This document shows positions 28,771-39,100 of a stretch of DNA of 64,000 bases, piece after piece. Made by a program: the position numbers and the translations under genes. Each line of letters starts with the position of its first letter. Within the stretch, counting starts at the first letter, position 1. The notes beneath the pieces are model-generated. The model saw only the letters and a program-made list of their open reading frames with translations. It had not been told where the DNA came from and made no database searches. The stretch is from Candidatus Latescibacterota bacterium (GTDB lineage: Bacteria > Latescibacterota > UBA2968): the NCBI GenBank assembly GCA_965204745.1, contig OZ242010.1, forward strand, positions 3,200,001 through 3,264,000. Direction: 5' to 3'.

Positions 28771-28972
28771 AAAACCCTCCTGTGAAAGAATCTGCGCCAT
28801 CGATCCGCACGCGAATGAGGCTATCGGTCTGGCACGTTTCCACCTTGGGGAGTTCGGTGGCGAGGACTTCTTCAACTTCAATTTCGACATCCTCGCGTCC
28901 GAGTGCCAAGCGGATGAGGTCTTGCGGGTAGAGGTGAATCAACTGCTTGGGAATCGTATCGTATTCTGCCAT
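28751..28972 (-). pseudogene. Truncated Rpn N-terminus (internal deletion and frameshift), unit A
   Basis: First ~59 codons match the full-length copies, then the sequence jumps to the internal-RBS region (net 437-bp loss). Confidence 0.75.
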
Positions 28973-28998
28973 GGGGCACCTCCTGACAGGGAATCGCG

Positions 28999-29265
28999 TT
29001 AGGCTTCCGCATCCAACACGCGCTGAAAGGCCGCCAGATCATCCGCTTGCACCGCTGCACGATGCAACCGCTTGAGCCTCGGCAAATCGTCGATAGCCGC
29101 AATGCGCGCGGTGAACTGACCGGCAACGACCACATCAAAGCGAATCGCCAACGCTTCTCGGATGCTCTCTTGGATGCCCTGCTTGATTCCCTGCTCAATG
29201 CCGCGCTCAATGCCGCGTTCCTCGAGGTACTGGATAAACGATGACTCACGCATAATCGCGTCCAT
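28999..29265 (-). CDS. Stand-alone Rpn C-terminal small protein (Rpn_S-like), unit B, 88 aa
   Basis: Same internal RBS and ATG; [23 protein letters not shown] x4. Confidence 0.7.
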   Translation of the reverse strand: MDAIMRESSFIQYLEERGIERGIEQGIKQGIQESIREALAIRFDVVVAGQFTARIAAIDDLPRLKRLHRAAVQADDLAAFQRVLDAEA

Positions 29266-29467
29266 AAAACCCTCCTGTGAAAGAATCCGCGCCATCGATC
29301 CGCACGCGAATCACGCTATCGGCCAGGCGCGTTTCCACCTTGGGGAGTTCGGTGTCGAGGACTTCTTCAACTTCAATTTCGACATCCTCGCGTCCGAGTG
29401 CCAAGCGGATGAGGTCTTGCGGGTAGAGGTGAATCAACTGCTTGGGAATCGTATCGTATTCTGCCAT
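29246..29467 (-). pseudogene. Truncated Rpn N-terminus, unit B
   Basis: Same deletion junction as unit A (GATGGCG|CRGATTCTTTCACAGGAGG). Confidence 0.75.
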
Positions 29468-29493
29468 GAGACGCCTCCTGACAGGGAATCGCG

Positions 29494-30663
29494 TTAGGCT
29501 TCCGCATTCAACACGCGCTGAAAGGCCGCCAGATCATCCGCTTGCACCGCTGCACGATGCAACCGCTTGAGCCTCGGCAAATCGTCGATGGTCGCAATGC
29601 GAGCGGCGAACTGACCGGCCATCCCCACATCAAAGCGAATCTCCAACACGTCGAGGATAGCGGCAATGGTATGTTCTCTACCCCCGCGCTCAATGCCCTG
29701 CTCGATGCCCTGCTCGATGCCCTGCTCGATGCCCTGCTCGATGCCCTGCTCGATTCCCTGCTCGATGCCCTGCTCAATGCCCTGCTCGATGCCCTGCTCG
29801 ATGCCCTGCTCGATGCCCTGCTCGATGCCCTGCTCGATGCCCTGCTCGATTCCCTGCTCGATTCCCTGCTCAATGCCGCGCTCGATTCCCTGCTCAATGC
29901 CGCGCTCAATGCCCTGCTCAATGCCCTGCTCAATGCCCTGCTCAATGCCCTGCTCAAGAAACTGTTCCTTGAACTGCTCCTCGAGGTACTGGGCAAACGA
30001 TGACTCACGCATAATCGCGTCCATAAAACCCTCCTGGGAAAAAATTCGGTTGATGGTGGCAGGATCATACGCCAACCCACTCAAGACCGCCAAGCTACCC
30101 AAATAATTCGCCTTGTCTGCCTCATCCAACGAAACCGAATCGCCCTTGCGAACACACGCACGCAACCAATCTTCGGAATCCATCCCCACAGGCGGCTTCA
30201 TCAATGGCGCGAAAGGAAGCAAGCCGGCCTGGTCACCTTCAAGAATGCCGCGGCCGTCCAGCTCGCTCAACCGAAGCACCTTGTAGCGCACCAGCACGGG
30301 AAAGTCCGCATGATCTTGGCGGAAAAATCCCTTATCGCTCCGCCCGGCATTGGGACGCAGATAGATGACAAAGGAATAGACCGGCAAGTCATACTGCTCG
30401 ATGAGACAGATGATATAGGAAGCCATGCGACGAGCCATATTCGCGCTATCCGAGGTTTGAAATTCGATGTGGATCAAGGCTTCCTCGCCATCGATCCGCA
30501 CGCGAAGGAGGCTATCGACCAGGCGCGTTTCCACCTTGGGGAGTTCGGTATCGAGGATTTCTTCAACTTCAATTTCGACATCCTCGCGTCCGAGTGCCAA
30601 GCGGATGAGGTCTTGCGGGTAGAGGTGCATCAACTGTTTGGGAATCGTATCGTATTCTGCCAT
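29494..30663 (-). CDS. Rpn family recombination-promoting nuclease/putative transposase (PD-(D/E)XK), 23 EQGI-type repeats
   Basis: YD...[37 protein letters not shown]; 12-bp tandem repeat block. Confidence 0.88.
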   Translation of the reverse strand: MAEYDTIPKQLMHLYPQDLIRLALGREDVEIEVEEILDTELPKVETRLVDSLLRVRIDGEEALIHIEFQTSDSANMARRMASYIICLIEQYDLPVYSFVIYLRPNAGRSDKGFFRQDHADFPVLVRYKVLRLSELDGRGILEGDQAGLLPFAPLMKPPVGMDSEDWLRACVRKGDSVSLDEADKANYLGSLAVLSGLAYDPATINRIFSQEGFMDAIMRESSFAQYLEEQFKEQFLEQGIEQGIEQGIEQGIERGIEQGIERGIEQGIEQGIEQGIEQGIEQGIEQGIEQGIEQGIEQGIEQGIEQGIEQGIEQGIEQGIEQGIERGGREHTIAAILDVLEIRFDVGMAGQFAARIATIDDLPRLKRLHRAAVQADDLAAFQRVLNAEA

Positions 30664-30689
30664 GGGACGCCTCCTGACAGGGAATCGCG

Positions 30690-31643
30690 TTAGGCTTCCG
30701 CATCCAACACGCGCTGAAAGGCCGCCAGATCATCCACTTGCACCGCCGAGCGAAGCAACCGCTTGAGCCTCGGCAAATCGTCGATAGCCGCAATGTGACC
30801 GGCGAACTGACCGGCAACGGCCGGATTAAAGCGAATCTCCAACACGTCGAGGATGTCTTCAACCGCTCGTTCTCTGACTCCCTGCTCAATGCCCTGCTCA
30901 ATGCCCTGCTCAATGCCCTGCTCAATGCCCTGCTCAAGAAACTGTTCCTTGAATTGTTCCTTGAGGTATTGGGCAAACGATGACTCACGCATAATCGCGT
31001 CCATAAAACCCTCCTGGGAAAAAATTCGGTTGATGGTGGCAGGATCATACGCCAACCCACTCAAGACCGCCAAGCTGCCCAAATAATTCGCCTTGTCTGC
31101 CTGATCCAACGAAACCGAATCGCCCTTGCGAACACACGCACGCAACCAATCTTCGGAATCCATCCCCACAGGCGGCTTCATCAAGGGCGCGAAAGGAAGC
31201 AAGCCGGCCTGGTCGCCTTCAAGAATGCCGCGCCCGTCCAGCTCGCTCAACCGAATCACCTTGTAGCGCACCAGCACGGGGAAGTCCGCATGATCTTGGC
31301 GGAAAAATCCCTTATCGCTCCGCCCGGCATTGGGACGCAGATAGATGACAAAGGAATAGACCGGCAAGTCATACTGCTCGATGAGACGGATGATATAGGA
31401 AGCCATGCGACGAGCCATATTCGCGCTATCCGAGGTTTGAAATTCGATGTGGATCAAGGCTTCCTCGCCATCGATCCGCACGCGAATAAGGCTATCGACC
31501 AGGCGCGTTTCCACCTTGGGGAGTTCGGTATCGAGGATTTCTTCAACTTCAATTTCGACATCCTCGCGTCCGAGTGCCAAGCGGATGAGGTCTTGCGGGT
31601 AGAGGTGCATCAACTGCTTGGGAATCGTATCGTATTCTGCCAT
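30690..31643 (-). CDS. Rpn family nuclease, 5 EQGI-type repeats
   Basis: Near-identical N-terminal domain; different C-terminus ([17 protein letters not shown]). Confidence 0.88.
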   Translation of the reverse strand: MAEYDTIPKQLMHLYPQDLIRLALGREDVEIEVEEILDTELPKVETRLVDSLIRVRIDGEEALIHIEFQTSDSANMARRMASYIIRLIEQYDLPVYSFVIYLRPNAGRSDKGFFRQDHADFPVLVRYKVIRLSELDGRGILEGDQAGLLPFAPLMKPPVGMDSEDWLRACVRKGDSVSLDQADKANYLGSLAVLSGLAYDPATINRIFSQEGFMDAIMRESSFAQYLKEQFKEQFLEQGIEQGIEQGIEQGIEQGVRERAVEDILDVLEIRFNPAVAGQFAGHIAAIDDLPRLKRLLRSAVQVDDLAAFQRVLDAEA

Positions 31644-31669
31644 GAGACGCCTCCTGACAGGGAATCGCG

Positions 31670-32767
31670 TTAGGCTTCCGCATCCAACACGCGCTGAAAG
31701 GCCGCCAGATCATCCGCTTGCACCGCTGCACGATGCAACCGCTTGAGCCTTGGCAAATCGTCGATGGTCGCAATGCGAGCGGCGAACTGACCGGCAACGA
31801 CCACATCAAAGCGAATCTCCAACGCTTCTCGGATGCTCTCTCGAATGCCTCGTTCAATGCCCTGCTCGATTCCCTGCTCGATTCCGCGCTCGATTCCCTG
31901 CTCGATTCCCTGCTCGATTCCCTGCTCGATTCCCTGCTCGATTCCCTGCTCGATTCCCTGCTCGATTCCCTGCTCGATTCCCTGCTCGATTCCCTGCTCA
32001 ATGCCGCGCTCGATTCCCTGCTCAATGCCCTGCTCAATGCCCTGCTCAATGCCCTGCTCAAGAAACTGTTCCTTGAACTGCTCCTCGAGGTACTGGGCAA
32101 ACGATGACTCACGCATAATCGCGTCCATAAAACCCTCCTGGGAAAAAATTCGGTTGATGGTGGCAGGATCATAAGCCAACCCACTCAAGACCGCCAAGCT
32201 ACCCAAATAATTCGCCTTGTCTGCCTCATCCAACGAAACCGAATCGCCCTTGCGAACACACGCACGCAACCAATCTTCGGAACCCATCCCCACAGGCGGC
32301 TTCATCAACGGCGCGAAAGGAAGCAAGCCGGCCTGGTCGCCTTCAAGAATGCCGCGCCCGTCCAGCTCGCTCAACCGAATCACCTTGTAGCGCACCAGCA
32401 CGGGGAAGTCCGCATGATCTTGGCGGAAAAATCCCTTATCGCTCCGCCCGGCATTGGGACGCAGATAGATGACAAAGGAATAGACCGGCAAGTCATACTG
32501 CTCGATGAGGCGGATGATATAGGAAGCCATGCGACGAGCCATATTCGCGCTATCCGAGGTTTGAAATTCGATGTGGATCAAGGCTTCCTCGCCATCGATC
32601 CGCACGCGAAGGAGGCTATCGACCAGGCGCGTTTCCACCTTGGGGAGTTCGGTATCGAGGATTTCTTCAACTTCAATTTCGACCTCCTCGCGTCCGAGTG
32701 CCAAGCGGATGAGGTCTTGCGGGTAGAGGTGCATCAACTGCTTGGGAATCGTATCGTATTCTGCCAT
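31670..32767 (-). CDS. Rpn family nuclease, 18 EQGI-type repeats
   Basis: As above; first unit of the array. Confidence 0.88.
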   Translation of the reverse strand: MAEYDTIPKQLMHLYPQDLIRLALGREEVEIEVEEILDTELPKVETRLVDSLLRVRIDGEEALIHIEFQTSDSANMARRMASYIIRLIEQYDLPVYSFVIYLRPNAGRSDKGFFRQDHADFPVLVRYKVIRLSELDGRGILEGDQAGLLPFAPLMKPPVGMGSEDWLRACVRKGDSVSLDEADKANYLGSLAVLSGLAYDPATINRIFSQEGFMDAIMRESSFAQYLEEQFKEQFLEQGIEQGIEQGIEQGIERGIEQGIEQGIEQGIEQGIEQGIEQGIEQGIEQGIEQGIERGIEQGIEQGIERGIRESIREALEIRFDVVVAGQFAARIATIDDLPRLKRLHRAAVQADDLAAFQRVLDAEA

Positions 32768-32935
32768 GAGACGCCTCCTGACGTGCTATGGTTTGAACGA
32801 CTTGCGGAACAAAATAAATAATCCGCAATCCCGCTCGCGCTGTCAAGTGAATTTCCCCAACCGCGCCGCACCACCGCGCCGCCCCGCCGTGTGCGTTCGC
32901 CCCGTCTTATATCCTGCGGTTGGGGATTGCGAGGG

Positions 32936-33154
32936 GGACCTACCCCCTAACCCCCTTCCTTAGAGGAAGGGGGCATGGCGAGCGGTTTTGCGAGGGGATG
33001 GCGTGAGGGATTTTTAATCGCTTTATGCCCTCGGTCAATGCCATCAGCGCAACCCTTGATTAAGCCATCAAAGGCGCTTTCCTCCCCTTTCCTCGTAGGC
33101 ACAGGCGTAGCCTACAACGAAGCGTAGCGAGTAACGGGGCCGGGGGATAGGTCC
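32936..33154. mobile_element. MITE-like intergenic element, copy 2
   Basis: GGACCTACCCCCTAACCCCC ... GGGGCCGGGGGATAGGTCC termini; right arm is almost the exact reverse complement of 1708-1780. Confidence 0.6.
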
Positions 33155-33187
33155 TCTTAAAAACAGCCACCGCCACCGTTGATGGCA

Positions 33188-36100
33188 CTACCGCAAATCC
33201 AGCGCGATGCGTCGTAGCGTACCTTCTGCGCTGGTGATGAGGTCTTCGACATTGGAGCCATCCAAGTTGGCACGCTGAATCTTATCCGGGTACAAGTTCG
33301 TCCAGTACATCTTTCCGCGTCCCACATCCAGCGCGATGCCAACTGGCCTATCCAATCCTGTGGTGATGAGGTCTTCGACATTGGAGCCATCCAAGTTGGC
33401 ACGCTGAATCTTATTCGCTTCAGCGTCCGTCCAGTACATCTTTCCGCGTCCCACATCCAGCGCGATGTCCAATGAGAAACTCAATCCTGTGGTGATGAGG
33501 TCTTCGACATTGGAGCCATCCAAGTTGGCACGATGAATCTTATCCGTGTCAGAGTCCGTCCAGTACATCTTTCCGCGTCCCACATCCAGCGCGATGCTAT
33601 ATGGATTGCTCAATCCTGTGGTGATGAGGTCTTCGACATTGGAGCCATCCAAGTTGGCACGATGAATCTTATCCGTGCCAGGGTTCGTCCAGTACATCTT
33701 TCCGCGTCCCACATCCAGTGCGATGGAAGTTAGAATATTCCAGTTACCGTTTCCGTCAGTGGAGATGGTGTCTTTGACGGTGATGAGGTCTTCGATCTGT
33801 GAGCCATCCAAGTTGGCACGCTTAATCTTAGCCCTGAACAGGCGCTGGAGTGGAAATGGATTGTCCCCAAAGTTCGTATCCTCGTGTGATTCTGTCCAGT
33901 ATATCTTTCCGCTTCCCCCATCCAGCGCGATGCCCGCGTGGCCCCATGCATTACTATTTCCTATGGTGATGAGGTCTTCGATCTGTGAGCCATCCAAGTT
34001 GGCACGCTTAATCTTAAACATGTAATCGGTTATCCAGTACATCTTGGATGGCTTCACCGTGACGCGCACGCCGGTCGAGCAGTTGTTGTTGGTGTTGCTC
34101 TCGCCGGTGACCGCACCCACACACGCGCCGTAGTAATACGTGCCCGTGGTTGAAGGCGCGGTCACGCTACTCGACTGCTCACTCGTCGCCGACGCCGCCA
34201 GCGCGCTTATCGCATCCGACGAGCCAACTTCTGTGTCGCCAGTGGTGATCGTCGCGTCAGACGATTGATAGTAGCGCAGGGTCGTCGCCGTCGCCGGCCC
34301 CGTGCCTTGGTTACGCACCGTCGCGCTTAGCGTGAGCGACTGCCCCGGCGTCGACGTGGTATCGTCCACCGATGGCGATTGCACAACCAGGTCTGGCGCG
34401 CCAACGGTCACTTGGACGCCGGCCGAGCAGTTGTTGCTGACATCGGTCTCGCCGCTGACCGCAGCCACACACGCGCCAAAGTAATACGTGCCCGCGGTCG
34501 CTGGTGCGGTCACGCTACTCGACTGCTCACTCGTCGCCGTCGCCGCCAGCGCGCTTATCGCATCCGACGAGCCGACTTCTGTGTCGCCGGTCGTGATCGT
34601 CGCGTCAGACGATTGGTAATAGCGCAGGGTCGTCGCCACCGCCTCAGCCGTGCCTTGATTACGCACCGTCGCGCTTAGCGTGAGCGACTGCCCAGGCGTC
34701 GGCGTGGTATCGTCCACCGAAGGCGATTGCACAACCAGGTCTGGCGCGCCAACGGTCACTTGGACGCTGGCCGAGCAGTTGTTGCTGACATCGGTCTCGC
34801 CGCTGACTGCTACCACACACGCGCCGTAGTAATACGTGCCCGCGGTTGCTGGTGCGGTCACGCTACTCGACTGCTCACTCGTCGCCGCCGCCGCCAGCGC
34901 GCTTATCGCATCCGACGAGCCAACTTCTGTGTCGCCGGTGGTGATCGTCGCGTCAGACGATTGGTAATAGCGCAGGGTCGTCGCCACCGCCTCAGCCGTG
35001 CCTTGATTACGCACCGTCGCGCTTAGCGTGATCGACTGCCCCGGCGTCGGCGTGGTATCATTCACCGATGGCGATTGCACAAGCAGGTCTGGCGCGCCAA
35101 CGGTCACTTGGACGCTGGCCGAGCAGTTGTTGTTCGTATCGGTCTCGCCGCTGACGCTTGCCACACACGCGCCGTAGTAATACGTGCCGGCGGTTGCTGG
35201 CGCCGTCACGCTACTCGACTGCTCACTCGTCGCCGACGCCGCCAGCGCGCTGATCGCATCCGACGAGCCGACTTCTGTGTCGTCGGTCGTGATCGTCGCG
35301 TCAGACGATTGGTAATAGCGCAGGGTCGTCGCCACCGCCTCAGCCGTGCCTTGATTACGCACCGTCGCGCTTAGCGTCAGCGACTGCCCAGGCGTCGGCG
35401 TGGTATCATTCACCGAAGGCGATTGCACAACCAGGTCTGGCGCACCAACGACCACTTGGACACCGGCCGAGCAGTTGTTGCTGACATCGGTCTCGGCGCT
35501 GACCGCTACCACACACGCGCCGTAGTAATACGTGCCCGCGGTTGCTGGTGCGGTCACGCTACTCGACTGCTCACTCGTCGCCGTCGCCGCCAGCGCGCTT
35601 ATCGCATCCGACGAGCCAACTTCTGTGTCGTCGGTCGTGATCGTCGCGTCAGACGATTGATAATAGCGCAGGGTCGTCGCCGCGGCCTCAGCCGTGCCTT
35701 GATTACGCACCGTCGCGCTTAGCGCGAGCGACTGCCCAGGCGTCGGCGTGGTATCATTCACCGAAGGCGATTGCACAAGCAGGTCTGGCGCGCCAACGGT
35801 CACTTGGACGCTGGCCGAGCAGTTGTTGCTGACATCGGTCTCGCCGCTGACTGCTACCACACACGCGCCGTAGTAATACGTGCCCGCGGTTGCTGGTGCG
35901 GTCACACTACTCGACTGCTCACTCGTCGCCGCCGCCGCCAGCGCGCTGATCGCATCCGACGAGCCGACTTCTGTGTCGTCGGTCGTGATCGTCGCGTCAG
36001 ACGATTGGTAATAGCGCAGGGTCGTCGCCGCGGCCTCGGCCGTGCCTTGATTACGCACCGTCGCGCCTAGCGTAAGCGACTGCCCAGGCGTCGGCGTGGT

Positions 36101-39100
36101 ATCATTCACCGAAGGCGATTGCACAACCAGGTCTGGCGCACCAACGGTCACTTGGACACCGGCCGAGCAGTTGTTGCTGACATCGGTCTCGCCGCTGACG
36201 CTTGCCACACACGCGCCGTAGTAATACGTGCCCGCGGTTGTTGGCGCCGTCACGCTACTCGACTGCTCACTCGTCGCCGACGCCGCCAGGGCGCTGATCG
36301 CATCCGACGAGCCAACTTCTGTGTCGCCGGTCGTGATCGTCGCATTGGTTGAACGGTAATAGCGAAGGGTCGTCGTTGCGGCCTGCCCGGTGCCTTGATT
36401 ACGCACCGTCGCGCGAAGCGTGATCGACTGCTCCGGCGTCGGCGTGGTATCGTCCACCGAAGGCGATTCAACGATCAGGTCAGGAACAACGACCATGACG
36501 CGCACGCCATCCGAGCAGTTGTTGTTCGTCGCACTCTCGGCGCTGACGCTTGCCACACACGCGCCAAAGTAATACGTGCCCACTGCCGCTGGCGCGGTCA
36601 CACTACTCGACTGCTCACTCGTCGCCGACGCCGCCAGCGCGCTTATCGCATCCGCCGTGCCGACTTGCGTGTCGCTGGTGGTGATCGTCGCGTCGGACGA
36701 TTGGTAATAGCGCAGAGTGGTCGCTGTCGCCGTCGCCGTGCCTTGATTACGCACCGTCGCGCGAAGCGTGAGCACCTGCCCCGGCGTCGCCGTGGTCTTA
36801 TCCACCGCAGGCGATTGCACGAGCAGGTCTGGCGCGCCAACGGTCACTTGGACGCCGGTCGAGCAGTTGTTGTTGGTGTTGCTCTCGCCGCTGACCGCAT
36901 CCACGCACGCACCGTAGTAATACGTGCCCGTGGTAGAAGGCGCAGTCACGCTACTCGACTGCACACTCTTCGCCGACACCGCCAGCACGCTTATCGCATC
37001 CGACGAGCCGACTTCTGTGTCGCCGGTCGTGATCGTCGCGTCGGTTGAGCGGTAATAGCGCAGGGTCGCCGCCGCTACCTCAGCCGTGCCTCGGTTGAAC
37101 ACCGTCGCGCTTAGCGTGAACGCCTGCCCTGTCGTCGGCGTGGTATTATCCACCGCAGGCGATTGCACGAGCAGGTCTGGCGCGCCGACGACCACTCGGA
37201 CACCGGCCGAGCAGTTGTTGTTCGTATCGCTCAAGCCCCTGACTAACACACACGCGCCGTAGTAATACGTGCCCGCGGTCAAAGGCGCCGTCACACGACT
37301 CGACTGCTCACTCGTCGCCGACACCGCCAGCGCGCTTATCGCATCCGCCGTGCCGACTTCTGTGTCGCCGGTCGTGATCGTCGCGTCAGACGATTGGTAG
37401 TAGCGCAGGGTCGCCGCTGTCGCCGCCGCCGTGCCTCGATTACCCACCGTCGCGCGAAGCGTGATCGCCTGCCCCGGCGTCGGCGTGGTATCGTCCACCG
37501 ACACCGATTGCACGAGCAAGCCTGGCGCGCCAACGATCACTTGGACGCCGGTCGAGCAGTTGTTGTCGGTGTTGCTCTCGCCGATGCTCGCCACACACGC
37601 GCCGTAGTAATACGTGCCCGCGGTCGCTGGTGCGGTCACACTACTCGACTGCTCACTCGTCGCCGACACCGCCAGCGCGCTTATCGCATCTGCCGTGCCG
37701 ACTTCTGTGTCGCCGGTCGTGATCGTCGCGTCGGACGATTGATAGTAGCGCAGGGTCGTCGTCGCCGCCGCCGCCGTGCCTCGGTTGAGCACTGTCGCGC
37801 GAAGCGTGAACGCCTGCCCCGGCGTCAGCGTGGTATTATCCACCGATGCCGATTGCACAAGCAGGTCTGGGGTACCAACGGTCACCCGGACGCCGGTCGA
37901 GCAGTTGTTGGTGGTGTTGCTCTCGCCGCTGACCGCATCCACACACGCGCCGTAGTAATACGTGCCGGGGATCGCTGCCACGGGCACGCTACTCGACTGC
38001 ACACTCGTCGCTGACACCGCCAGGGCGCTGACTGCGTCCGTGCCGACTTCTGTGTCGCCGGTCGTGATCGTCGCGTCGGCTGAAAGGTAATAGCGCAGGG
38101 TGGTCGTCGTCGCCGCCCCCGTGCCTTGATTACGCACCGTCGCGCTTAGCGTAAGCGACTGCGCCGTCGCCGCCGTGGTCTTATCCACCGATGGCGATTG
38201 CACGACCAGGTCTGGCGCGCCAACGGTCACCCGGACGCTGACCGAGCAGTTGTTGCTGGTATCTTTCTCGTTGCTGACCGCAACCACACACGCGCCGTAG
38301 TAATACGTGCCGGGGATCGCTGACACGGGCACGCTGCTCGACTGCACACTCGTCGCCGACACCGCCAAGGCGCTTATCGCATCCGCCGTGCCGACTTCTG
38401 TGTCGCCGGTGGTGATCGTCGCGTCGGCTGAGAGGTAATAGCGCAGGGTCGTCGCCGCGGACGTCGCCGTGCCTCGATTGCGTACCGTCGCACGTAGCGT
38501 GATCGACTGCCCAGCCGTCGGCGTGGTATTATCCACCGATGGCGATTGCACGAGCAGGTCTGGCGCGCCGACGACCACTCGGACGCCGGCCGAGCAGTTA
38601 TCGCTCGAGCCCCTGACCGCTAACACACACGCGCCGTAGTAATACGTGCCCGCGGTCGCTGGCGTCGTCACACTGCTCGACTGCACACTCGTCGCTCCCA
38701 CCGCCAGGGTGCTTATCACATCCGCCGTGCCGACTTCTGTGTCACCGGTGGTGATCGTCGCGTCGGACGATTGGTAATAGCGCAGGGTCGCCGCTGTCGC
38801 CGCCGCCGTGCCTCGATTACCCACCGTCGCGCGAAGCGTGATCGACTGCCCCGGCGTCGGCGTGGTGTTACTCGCCGTCAGCGATTGCACGAGCAAGCCT
38901 GGCGCGCCAACGATCACTTGGACGCCGGCCGAGCAGTTGTTGCTGGTATCTTTCTCGCCGCTGACCGCAGCCACACACGCGCCGTAGTAATATGTGCCCG
39001 TAGCCGCTGGCGCGGTCAGACGAACCGAGGTATCAAGGCCGTTGCGGGCCGCCAAGCGGTTCACACTATCCGTGCCGACTTCTGTGTCGCCGGTGGTGAT

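Noticed and set aside
28973-31669. 26-bp inter-unit spacers or 12-bp repeats as a CRISPR array
   Set aside because: The 26-mers are separated by whole paralogous genes and contain the RBS; the 12-mers are contiguous coding repeats; no unique spacers or cas genes
29508-32184. Alternative-frame repeat ORFs (SRAS, CSMP, LLDA, ARFP)
   Set aside because: By-products of the 12-bp repeat read in other frames or strands
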